A stretch of 29,370 nucleotides of DNA from Candidatus Enterousia sp. (GCA_051885395.1 JBJEXB010000102.1:1-29370), one strand, 5' to 3'. Counted from the stretch's first letter, positions 17,027 to 25,599 are shown. Notes: generated from the sequence alone by a model not told the origin. Translations and numbers: made by a program.

Positions 17027-19258
17027 TTACATATTTACGTCTTCACAGGATTCGATTTCCTGGCAATATGTTTCTTTGCCAGAGGCAAACATTCCAGCCA
17101 AACCACCACCAATTAAACCAACCGCACCACCAATTGCAGTTCCCCACCCTGGTGTTACCATTGTTCCAGCAGATGCACCTGCCGCCATTCCACCAGCAGC
17201 ACCTTTGGCAAATCCTGCTCCCTTGGACTCCCCTCCTGTTTCACAAACCTGTTGCATACGGCATACGTGACAGTTACGTAAATCAGGTTCAAATGACACA
17301 CTGCGGATATATGTATAATTTTCTTTGCCTTTTTCTTCGAATTCGGATGGGTCCTGAACCTTGTACGTATTCAGACAGTTTTGACGTGCCTGTTCAATAT
17401 CCTGCTTACGTGACAGTTCTGCAATCTTGGATTCCAATTCACGCATCGCACGATTTTCTGCACCAATTTCCGCAATTATTTTGGCTGTATTGAAAACGGT
17501 TGAGCCTAAACTTGCACGCTTTACACCCTTGGTTGTTGTAGGTTGCTGACTGTCCATACATGCGGCGACAGTAATATCTTTTTCAAACTGTTTCATGAAC
17601 TGTGCAACAGCGGTTTTCGAATTCGCGCGAACTGTTTCACGCAGCGACATTAACCCAGCCTCAGAATCAGGCAATTCAACCAATGACGTAATCTGTGGAT
17701 CCGTTGTCAAGCAAGACATATCTGTACCACACGTACGTCCCAATTGTTCGCTGAAATAGTTCAAACATCCTTGCAACATCTGATAATCCATTTGCAATAA
17801 CGCCGCCTGGACAATAATGTTGTATTGGTTTTCACCCTTGCATGATGGGAACATGCTTTGTGGGCACATTGCAACAATTTCAGATGTCTTTTTGCCAACA
17901 CATTCTGGTGCGGTATAATCCGCGCCACATTTATCCTGCAAGCATTTATCAACGTCGTTTTGACAGAACTGCAAGCGCAGATATCCCAATTTGTCATTCA
18001 CAACAGATTTGATTCCAGGAATTATTGCATTACATTCATCAATAATTGGGCAAACACCTGCTGCAACATTAACGTCGGTCAAGCACGCAGAATTTGTACT
18101 GGTGCTGCAACCTTCTTCCAAACAGTTTTGAATCTGCGCCAAACATGTCTGACGTTTATATTTATCTGCATACTTTGCAGCGTCAACCAAGATAGCCTCT
18201 GATTCCGCTTCCCAGTCTTTTAATACATAAGATTTGCTGGCAGTACATTGATCCAAAATATTTTCACATGCATTTGCACGACGTCCCAGCAAGTCCGCAT
18301 CCAGACAGTTTTCAAAGTTTGTTCCACAACCGCCCTTGTCTGCAATACAAGCCTTATATGCCAGCAAGCATTCACCACGGTTATATTTATTTGTGGTATC
18401 AAACATTTCCAGACGCGCTTTGCGAACGGCCGCTTCTGCGGTGCGTTTATTCGCCTCTGCATTACGTTTCTGGTCTGCCAGATATGTTTCAAACCCCTTG
18501 CAGTCTTGGACAACCTGGCGTGAATACAGCATTTCTTCCATTTCTGCCCGCGCACCACATGATTCCAATGCATACGCGCAATATTCAGATGCCATTGAAT
18601 ACAAACCATCGCCAATATCCGAATCACTGCCCAATGAATCTTCGGTTTCTACATCACCACTTTTCAACCATTCTGAAAAACTAAGCCCTGATGCACGTGA
18701 ACTTTTCTTTGCACGTTCACTTTCACCAAATACATATGCAGCCTTGGCCCCAAGTTGTTCGCGTTCAACACCTTCGGTATATAACTTATCGGCTTCTTCT
18801 TGGATTTTTTGAATTTCTTGGATTAATGACTTTGACCTATTTATATTTGAACTGCATGCGCAACGATACCCTTCGGATTCATCCAGCAAGCAAAATTCAT
18901 CCATACACTGACGATATACATCACGACACGAACCTGATGTTCCACCGCCATTATTACCGCCGTTATCACCACTGCCTGAATTTCCACCAGCGTTGCCACC
19001 GCCATTATCGCCGCCAGAGTTATTTCCGCCACCGTTGTTACCATCAGTATTGTCGCCGTTATTGCCACCATTTGATGTATTGGCATTCCCTGCCACATTA
19101 TTTGTACCGCTGACATTGACCGTCATTGTTGGCGAATGCAATCCTGCCATTGATAATCGCGATACACTGACACGTGCATCTGACGAACGTGGTGTCGCCG
19201 CTACCGCAGCACCCGATGGCACCAATGCTACCAAAGCAACTAATAGTCTAAAATTCAT
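17027..19258 (-). CDS. large secreted Cys-rich protein, paralogue B, with Gly/Asn linker and C-terminal glycine zipper (743 aa)
   Basis: signal [20 protein letters not shown]; 36 Cys; GN-rich segment; GxxxG-rich hydrophobic tip. Confidence 0.85.
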   Translation of the reverse strand: MNFRLLVALVALVPSGAAVAATPRSSDARVSVSRLSMAGLHSPTMTVNVSGTNNVAGNANTSNGGNNGDNTDGNNGGGNNSGGDNGGGNAGGNSGSGDNGGNNGGGTSGSCRDVYRQCMDEFCLLDESEGYRCACSSNINRSKSLIQEIQKIQEEADKLYTEGVEREQLGAKAAYVFGESERAKKSSRASGLSFSEWLKSGDVETEDSLGSDSDIGDGLYSMASEYCAYALESCGARAEMEEMLYSRQVVQDCKGFETYLADQKRNAEANKRTAEAAVRKARLEMFDTTNKYNRGECLLAYKACIADKGGCGTNFENCLDADLLGRRANACENILDQCTASKSYVLKDWEAESEAILVDAAKYADKYKRQTCLAQIQNCLEEGCSTSTNSACLTDVNVAAGVCPIIDECNAIIPGIKSVVNDKLGYLRLQFCQNDVDKCLQDKCGADYTAPECVGKKTSEIVAMCPQSMFPSCKGENQYNIIVQAALLQMDYQMLQGCLNYFSEQLGRTCGTDMSCLTTDPQITSLVELPDSEAGLMSLRETVRANSKTAVAQFMKQFEKDITVAACMDSQQPTTTKGVKRASLGSTVFNTAKIIAEIGAENRAMRELESKIAELSRKQDIEQARQNCLNTYKVQDPSEFEEKGKENYTYIRSVSFEPDLRNCHVCRMQQVCETGGESKGAGFAKGAAGGMAAGASAGTMVTPGWGTAIGGAVGLIGGGLAGMFASGKETYCQEIESCEDVNM

Positions 19259-19329
19259 ATTTATCCACCCTACATTATTACCTGTATTTTATCAAATGAT
19301 GACCTGTGGCACAAGCAAATAAAAAAATC

Positions 19330-19358
19330 TTGCAATTTTTCAGTTGACCAAATATCAT
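19330..19358 (+). promoter_or_regulatory. sigma70-type promoter of infA
   Basis: TTGCAA, 17 nt, TATCAT. Confidence 0.5.
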
Positions 19359-19396
19359 TACCGACAGCAAATACAGATTTATCAAAGGAAATATTT

Positions 19397-19645
19397 ATGG
19401 CAAAAGATGATGTAATTGTGTTTTCTGGCACGGTCGAAGACAAATTACCAAACACTATGTTCAAGGTTAAACTTGAAAACGGGCATGAAATTCTGGCAAC
19501 TGTCTGTGGCAAAATGCGCAAGGCACGCATCTGGGTAAACGTTGGCGAACGTGTACGTGTTGAAATGACACCTTATGACTTGGACAAAGGTCGCATAACA
19601 TTCGTTGAACGCAACCGCCCCGCCCCAGCAACACCAAACAATTAA
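19397..19645 (+). CDS. infA: translation initiation factor IF-1 (82 aa)
   Basis: [34 protein letters not shown]...[28 protein letters not shown]. Confidence 0.96.
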   Translation: MAKDDVIVFSGTVEDKLPNTMFKVKLENGHEILATVCGKMRKARIWVNVGERVRVEMTPYDLDKGRITFVERNRPAPATPNN

Positions 19646-19649
19646 TCAG

Positions 19650-19669
19650 AACGCCCAAACGGGCGTTTT
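19650..19669 (+). terminator. terminator of infA
   Basis: AACGCCC-AAAC-GGGCGTTTT. Confidence 0.75.
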
Positions 19670-19705
19670 ATTTTGTCGTTTATTGGCTGTTTTTTTAAAT
19701 AACCC

Positions 19706-19735
19706 TTGCCCCGATTTGCAATTATTTGCTATCAT
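19706..19735 (+). promoter_or_regulatory. promoter of Cys-rich paralogue C
   Basis: TTGCCC, 18 nt, TGcTATCAT (extended -10). Confidence 0.45.
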
Positions 19736-19749
19736 ATATAGGTACAAGG

Positions 19750-22380
19750 ATGAAAAAGTTTTGGCTGTTTATCGCTGCATGTTCCACTGGGATTGGTGTT
19801 GCCAATGCCACTGTTCGTGATGCATCAAACGTTACACGTTCCACCACATCTGCGAAAACAGTATATGTTCGCCCACAAAGCGCTACTACATCAGGCAGAA
19901 CGAATAACACAACAGTTAATCGCACAAGTGCGCGCAGTACAACGACAGCCCGCACCGCAACAGCACCCGCCAACCGCGTATCCAGCACAGTATCACGCAG
20001 TGCGACACAACCAAAAACTATACGTACGGCGACCACGAACGCCACACAAAAAAATATCATATCTGTATCACGCAGTGCGACAACACAGGCAAAAACCGCA
20101 CGCAGTGCAACGAACGCCAGCGCAACAAATACTTTTGGCACAGGTTATAACACATGTCGCGACGCGTACTTTACATGCATGGATCAATTTTGTGCCAAAC
20201 AAAACGAATCGTATCGTCGGTGCGTATGTTCATCGCGCCTGACAGAAATTAAGTCACGTGAACGTGCATTGGGTGTTGCCGCCGACAGTTTGACATACTT
20301 TAAAAATCTGAACATTGACGTAATCCCCAAAACCGCAGCCGAGGTTAAGGCAATGCTAACCGCCACTGCGGGCGAAAATGCCACCACAACCAAGAAAGAT
20401 ACATCTGCTGCCGCTGCTCAATTGGAAGGCATCAGCGAAGTATTATCAAAAACAAAAAAATCAGCATTATCAACCCAAGGACAATTAGATATCGCAGGCG
20501 ACATAAACGCGATATGGTCAACAACCGACCTGGCGGGTGGTGCAAATATCGCCAACCTGACTGGCGAAGCATTATATAACGCAGTCCATGCCCAGTGTGC
20601 AGAAATAATGTCAAGTTACTGTCCAACAACTGCAACGCAAAACATGGTAATATCTGCATACGGCATGTATATCGAAAATGATTGCAGTGCATTAATTAAC
20701 AGTCTGGACAAAAAATTATTATCAGCAAATTCAACAATACGTGACACAGAACGCGAAATGCAGGTTGCACGTCTGGAAAACTATAATGCACATAACGCCG
20801 CGTCTATTAACGACTGTATCGCCAGTGTCCGCAGTGACATTACTGCCGATACGGCATGTGGTACAGATTTTGTTCATTGCTTGGATGTCAGTGGCCGATA
20901 CCTGAACCGTGATACAGGTGAACCAATATATACACCTGACTTTTATCAATTGGAAAGCCAGGTTTCATTGTCTGGCGATGTTCTGAACAACCAGGCCAAC
21001 CGTATGATTGTTGCCGAATTAAAGAACAAACGTAAATATGCAGAAAACAGTTTAAAAACATGCACAGATTTGGCAGATGATGTATGGGACGAATTCATGC
21101 GCCAGGCAATTCGCGAAATATACCAAGGACAGCAAGAACGCATTCGCCAGGTCAAAGATGAATGCTTGGACGTGGTAAATAAATGCTATGATGAACAAAG
21201 CAAATCACTGAAAGATTTTAGTAACGTCAAAGAACAATTATTACTAGGTCAGCGTTTAGAATTATCCGAAGAAATGTGCCGTGATAAATTAAGTGCGTGC
21301 AGCAATCTGTACGGCAGTATGGATTTGTTAGTAACCGCAATGCATAATATAACAAACCAAAAGATTGCAAAAGAATGTCGCATAACATTACAAGAATATG
21401 CTGCTGATTTATGTGCCATCCCCAGCAACGATACATTGCACGCATATCCATTTTCATGTCGCACATACGCACCTGGTGAACAGCAACACGCAAAAAAGGC
21501 GACATGTAACGCCCAGCTAAGCAGCAGCACATCTGATGATGGCCCTGCCATCAAAAAGGCCCCACTAAGTCGTGCTGCTGGCGAAAACTCTGTCGGATAT
21601 GTCTGTGACAGCATCAAAAAGTACGATTCGTGCAATCCAGGATATTTTATGTCATTAGATGGCGTAATTTGTAATTCATCACCACAGGTAGGCAATATGT
21701 GTGCCCCATGCACAGATGGACAAACATGTCCTGGTGGCACCACATGTCCTGGTACCGCTGGGGAAATTATGACAGCTGAATGTGGGGATTACAATGGCAG
21801 CCTGTATCAAAAACTGGTACGGTATGCATTAAATGCGTGTGTCCGCCCATCAGAAGCCGATACAATGATACCACCAACCACAGTCTTAGAAGATGTAAAC
21901 GTTGTCATGGATAAAATACGTGTCGATATGGCAAAGGCATTATCAAAAGAATGTGAACGCTTGGATGGTGTATGGGTATCAACCGAATGGAAAGACACAG
22001 AAACAGAAGGTGTTGCTAACGGTGGACCTGACGGCAAACACGATACAACAGGAAACAAAAAGTATCGCAAGTTCTATGATGAAACTGGTGCAAATGATAA
22101 ATGGGGATTCTGTGCTGAATCAGGTTCTGGCAGTGATTCAGGATCAAACAATCAATCTGGGGGTGGTGGGAATGCCAATAATGCAGATTTACAGGCAGCT
22201 ATAAACAAATGCCCTGGTCTGTGGATGAACTTTCAATTCCGCGATGCAAATAATAACGGTTATGATGATACCGACGAAAAATACGCAATTGACAACCAAT
22301 TCTATAAAGACAACCCAAACATCGACAAATATTGGGACAAAGGTTGGTGTTCTACCTATAAAATACCTACAAATGAATAA
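19750..22380 (+). CDS. large secreted Cys-rich protein, paralogue C (876 aa)
   Basis: signal MKKFWLFIAACSTGIGVANA (start 19750); Thr/Ser/Arg-rich linker; shared Cys motif; mosaic C-terminus. Confidence 0.85.
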   Translation: MKKFWLFIAACSTGIGVANATVRDASNVTRSTTSAKTVYVRPQSATTSGRTNNTTVNRTSARSTTTARTATAPANRVSSTVSRSATQPKTIRTATTNATQKNIISVSRSATTQAKTARSATNASATNTFGTGYNTCRDAYFTCMDQFCAKQNESYRRCVCSSRLTEIKSRERALGVAADSLTYFKNLNIDVIPKTAAEVKAMLTATAGENATTTKKDTSAAAAQLEGISEVLSKTKKSALSTQGQLDIAGDINAIWSTTDLAGGANIANLTGEALYNAVHAQCAEIMSSYCPTTATQNMVISAYGMYIENDCSALINSLDKKLLSANSTIRDTEREMQVARLENYNAHNAASINDCIASVRSDITADTACGTDFVHCLDVSGRYLNRDTGEPIYTPDFYQLESQVSLSGDVLNNQANRMIVAELKNKRKYAENSLKTCTDLADDVWDEFMRQAIREIYQGQQERIRQVKDECLDVVNKCYDEQSKSLKDFSNVKEQLLLGQRLELSEEMCRDKLSACSNLYGSMDLLVTAMHNITNQKIAKECRITLQEYAADLCAIPSNDTLHAYPFSCRTYAPGEQQHAKKATCNAQLSSSTSDDGPAIKKAPLSRAAGENSVGYVCDSIKKYDSCNPGYFMSLDGVICNSSPQVGNMCAPCTDGQTCPGGTTCPGTAGEIMTAECGDYNGSLYQKLVRYALNACVRPSEADTMIPPTTVLEDVNVVMDKIRVDMAKALSKECERLDGVWVSTEWKDTETEGVANGGPDGKHDTTGNKKYRKFYDETGANDKWGFCAESGSGSDSGSNNQSGGGGNANNADLQAAINKCPGLWMNFQFRDANNNGYDDTDEKYAIDNQFYKDNPNIDKYWDKGWCSTYKIPTNE
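19990..20082 (+). repeat. 18-bp intragenic direct repeat GTATCACGCAGTGCGACA (VSRSAT), two copies
   Basis: exact copies at 19990-20007 and 20065-20082; degenerate third copy (ARSAT) near 20098. Confidence 0.75.
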
Positions 22381-22447
22381 TTAAATAAAACAAGACAATT
22401 GCACCAGAGGCAAAAAACTGATAATATAAATTATACGAGAAAAAATT

Positions 22448-23152
22448 ATGAGAAAAATACTTTATGTTTCTTTATTATCTATAATAACGCTGACAACCAA
22501 CGCAGCAACAACTCCATGGTGGAAGCAACCGACAATTTGTCGTTTGGACCCAACGAATTGTTATCCTGCAATGGGTGCTGGATTTGATTCTGGAATGTGG
22601 GATGCCACAGCAAACTGCTGGGGATTAAAACTGATTTGTCCACACGCAATGAAAACCCAACATAATGACCCAGTTCCTGTCGGTCGTGCTGACATTGCCA
22701 GTGGCAGAAACATAAATGCTGATTTTGATATTTCATTATTAAATGGCGATTGTTTTGGTGTACGAAAAACGACTGCAAATGGAACCAAGGCATCTGTTAA
22801 CGGCACATACGTAAACGTATGGTGCAATGGTATTCTGGATAATCCAGACGAACAGGTTGCATCCGGCGAAATTACATTTGGCACACAACCATCATGTGCG
22901 CGCCTGGCGGCAGATGGATATGTTGCAGTGGAAAATAACCGTTGCTATGGTAAACATTTTAATGATTCTGAATACTTCATTGAATGTACTGGTTCTGATA
23001 TATTGCCCAGTCGTCTGATTGTATTAAATGGTGCAGACTATAATACAGGTGGCGCAAATGTGCCTGCGGATGAATCTGCTGCTGATGCGATATTTGACCA
23101 AATGTATCAAACATCGCAACTACAATATAAAAAGTATTTCAAAGACGAATAA
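22448..23152 (+). CDS. secreted Cys-rich hypothetical protein (234 aa)
   Basis: signal MRKILYVSLLSIITLTTNA; multiple Cys; follows paralogue C without an intervening terminator. Confidence 0.8.
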   Translation: MRKILYVSLLSIITLTTNAATTPWWKQPTICRLDPTNCYPAMGAGFDSGMWDATANCWGLKLICPHAMKTQHNDPVPVGRADIASGRNINADFDISLLNGDCFGVRKTTANGTKASVNGTYVNVWCNGILDNPDEQVASGEITFGTQPSCARLAADGYVAVENNRCYGKHFNDSEYFIECTGSDILPSRLIVLNGADYNTGGANVPADESAADAIFDQMYQTSQLQYKKYFKDE

Positions 23153-23182
23153 AAAAACGGGGAAATCCCCCGTTTTTTTTTT
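23151..23182 (+). terminator. terminator after the 234-aa gene
   Basis: AAAAAAACGGGG-AAATC-CCCCGTTTTTTTTTTT. Confidence 0.8.
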
Positions 23183-23204
23183 CAATAAACATCGCCAAAC
23201 AAAA

Positions 23205-23213
23205 TGCTATAAT
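23205..23213 (+). promoter_or_regulatory. extended -10 promoter of recO
   Basis: TGCTATAAT ending 7 nt before the ATG; no SD. Confidence 0.55.
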
Positions 23214-23220
23214 CAAAAAC

Positions 23221-23877
23221 ATGAAACTGGACAGTCATGGCATTTTAATATCATTGCGCCCACTGGGGGAACGTGATTCGGTTGCCCATATATTTACATA
23301 CGATTATGGGATAATGTGCGGCGTTATGCGTGGCGGTGCCGTTGCACGTAAAAACAAACCATTGGTCGGACAGGTTGGATGTGCAACATGGGTTGCGCGC
23401 CTGGATTCGCAACTGGGAACATTTCATTGGGATGCAGAAAAAAATCTGGCCGCGCCATTAATGCTGGATGCAAATCGATTGCAATTTATGAATGCCACAT
23501 TTGATTTATTAGATACCCTGTTACCAGAACGCGAACAATACGGAACATTATATAATGAAACGATTGATTTACTGACCCAAATGTCAGCCGCAAATCCGCG
23601 TGACGCATATTTAGCGTGGGAGGTAAATTTACTGCGCGACCTGGGGTATGCACTGGATATGTCATGCTGCGCATCATGTGGCAAAACAGATAATTTAAAT
23701 TATATGTCACCACGCACAGGTCGCGCCGTATGCGACGCATGTGCCGCCCCATACATCAGCAAACTGTATAAATTGCCATTAAATTTAAATGTAACATTGC
23801 GTTTTATTGACTCTGTATGTATTCAACAGGGATGTACATTACCATTGTCACGCCGAATAATAAAAAACATAATTTGA
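23221..23877 (+). CDS. recO: DNA repair protein RecO (218 aa)
   Basis: N-terminal OB-fold GILISLRPLGERD...GVMRGG, ARLDSQLG, WEVNLLRDLGYALD, Zn finger CASCG...SPRTGRAVC..C. Confidence 0.9.
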   Translation: MKLDSHGILISLRPLGERDSVAHIFTYDYGIMCGVMRGGAVARKNKPLVGQVGCATWVARLDSQLGTFHWDAEKNLAAPLMLDANRLQFMNATFDLLDTLLPEREQYGTLYNETIDLLTQMSAANPRDAYLAWEVNLLRDLGYALDMSCCASCGKTDNLNYMSPRTGRAVCDACAAPYISKLYKLPLNLNVTLRFIDSVCIQQGCTLPLSRRIIKNII

Positions 23878-23947
23878 TATATTTATTCCTTGCGCTTTTT
23901 CAAGATTGTGTGCTATGGTATTCTCGTTCAACAGAAAGGAGAAAACT

Positions 23948-24769
23948 ATGACTTGGACAATCTTAGTTCTGGTTGTTGGTATTATCTTGTTTATGTTCGG
24001 TGGCATGTTGTTCCGAACAGACAGCAAAAAACCATCAACAGGTATCATCTTGGGTAAAAAAGCAATCAAATTAGTTTCTGTATTGCTGATTGCAGGCAGT
24101 GTTTGCCGTCTGTATATGCCAGTTTATTTGCTGGATGTAAACCCTGCGATTCTGCAAGAAATGGTTACAAAAATGCAGGAACAGCAGAACGCTGAAAAGA
24201 ACAAAGAAATCAAAAAATTTGTACGTTCAAACAGCGACACAATGATTGCAGATGCCCCAGTATTGGGTAACCCAGAAGCAAAGAAAACCATATTCGTATG
24301 GACAGATTTCTCTTGCCCATATTGCCGTCGTGTACATGGCGAATTGGACCGTGTGTTGAAAAACCGTAATGACGTCCGCGTTGTTATTAAAAACTTCTCT
24401 ATCCACGGGGCATTGTCTGATGCACCAGCAAAAGCCGTTATCGCTGCAAAATTGCAGAACCCAGAAAAAGCGGCACAATTGGTTGAAATGTTGATGACAC
24501 GTGAATACTATTCATCCGAAGACATGCAGGACCAGTCAAAATTGGCATCCAAGGTTGAAGCAAATGTTATGAAATTTGCAACCGAAGCAGGTTTGGATAC
24601 AGCCCAGTTGAAAAACGATATGAACGGCGAAGTCGTTGCACGTGAATTGTCAAACGTACGTGACATAGCCCAGCGTTTTGAAATCAACGGTACACCATTC
24701 TTGATTATCGGTGAACAGGCATTCCCAGGTGCAATTCCATATGACCAGATTAATTCTGCATTGGATTAA
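23948..24769 (+). CDS. membrane-anchored DsbA/ScsC-like thiol-disulfide oxidoreductase (273 aa)
   Basis: DFSCPYCRR active site, cis-Pro loop INGTPF, NPAILQEM helix, N-terminal hydrophobic segments; SD AAGGAG places the start at 23948. Confidence 0.88.
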   Translation: MTWTILVLVVGIILFMFGGMLFRTDSKKPSTGIILGKKAIKLVSVLLIAGSVCRLYMPVYLLDVNPAILQEMVTKMQEQQNAEKNKEIKKFVRSNSDTMIADAPVLGNPEAKKTIFVWTDFSCPYCRRVHGELDRVLKNRNDVRVVIKNFSIHGALSDAPAKAVIAAKLQNPEKAAQLVEMLMTREYYSSEDMQDQSKLASKVEANVMKFATEAGLDTAQLKNDMNGEVVARELSNVRDIAQRFEINGTPFLIIGEQAFPGAIPYDQINSALD

Positions 24770-24790
24770 TTGCAAAATACCAAATGATAC

Positions 24791-24814
24791 AAATCCCCCA
24801 ATTGGGGGATTTTT
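24791..24814. terminator. terminator after the DsbA-like gene
   Basis: perfect 22-bp palindrome AAATCCCCCAATTGGGGGATTT plus a T tail. Confidence 0.75.
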
Positions 24815-24884
24815 AATGGATGTATGCATAAATGACCAAGTGTTGTTCGACACTATTACAGAACTTGAAACATTATCCCTCTTT

Positions 24885-24931
24885 GTCATTGCGAACGCAG
24901 TGAAGCAATCCAGTATAAAAAAAACTAGATT
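24885..24931 (+). repeat. truncated REP/RPE-like palindromic element
   Basis: GTCATTGCGAACGCAGTGAAGCAATCCAG resembles the left arm of the alphaproteobacterial GTCATTGCGAG..GAAGCAATC repeat family; only CTAGATT remains of the partner arm. Confidence 0.5.
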
Positions 24932-24960
24932 TTATACCCACTTATATGTATAATGCAGAT

Positions 24961-25221
24961 GCAAAGGCGAATTGCCTTTGTAGGTTTTCAAAGACCTTTA
25001 CAAAGCGTCTTGTTTATTAAGACGAAAAATCTCCAACTCTGGTTGGAGGGTGCGAATAATAAATAAGCACACTATACTTTGTAATAGCTTTGAACCTCCA
25101 ACCACACAGATTTTTCTGGTGGTTTCATTTTTTACTGGTTGGGGTGTGTGAATATATTGAATAAACACTGCATATTGAGACTGCTATCAAGTCCCCAGCC
25201 ACCAAACATTATGGATAAACA
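24961..25221 (+). promoter_or_regulatory. long structured leader or ncRNA upstream of the XRE regulator
   Basis: TATAAT at 24949-24954; at least five hairpins with competing pairings; 20-nt imperfect direct repeat. Confidence 0.4.
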
Positions 25222-25599
25222 ATGTCAGGAAAACCATTTACCCCAACAGATTATGATGTAAAACTGGGGCGCATATTGGCAACAACGCGTATTCGTTTCG
25301 GAATGTCCCAAAAAGATGTCGCCCAAAAATCAGGCGTAACATTTCAACAGATTCAAAAATATGAAACCGCGGACAATCGTTTATCTGTCAGTCGTTTAAA
25401 CAAAATTGTTTCAGAATGTTTTGGTATGACAATTGGCACATTTTTATCCGAAATGGAAAAACCATATAACCACGACAAACATATCACAAACATATTACGT
25501 ACATTATACAATATGAACGATGATGGGCGAAAACTGATTGAACAATTAGTATTTGACATCGCGCCCAATTACACAAAACAAACAAAAAACTGCCGATAA
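25222..25599 (+). CDS. XRE-family HTH transcriptional regulator (125 aa)
   Basis: LGRILATTRIRFGMSQKDVAQKSGVTFQQIQKYETADNRLSVSRL. Confidence 0.88.
   Translation: MSGKPFTPTDYDVKLGRILATTRIRFGMSQKDVAQKSGVTFQQIQKYETADNRLSVSRLNKIVSECFGMTIGTFLSEMEKPYNHDKHITNILRTLYNMNDDGRKLIEQLVFDIAPNYTKQTKNCR

Noticed and set aside
24711-24953. 80-aa ORF in the dsbA-XRE intergenic
   Set aside because: Overlaps dsbA out of frame and reads through a terminator and the REP-like element
25053-25065. tmRNA resume codon and tag (GCG AAT AAT AAA TAA)
   Set aside because: The peptide ANNK* lacks the terminal Ala-Ala, and there is no tRNA-like domain nearby
25069-25084. NrdR box (ACACTATACTTTGTAA)
   Set aside because: Several mismatches to the palindromic consensus, single copy, and no nrd gene downstream
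25039-25154. CRISPR mini-array
   Set aside because: Only two imperfect 20-nt copies 96 bp apart and no cas genes
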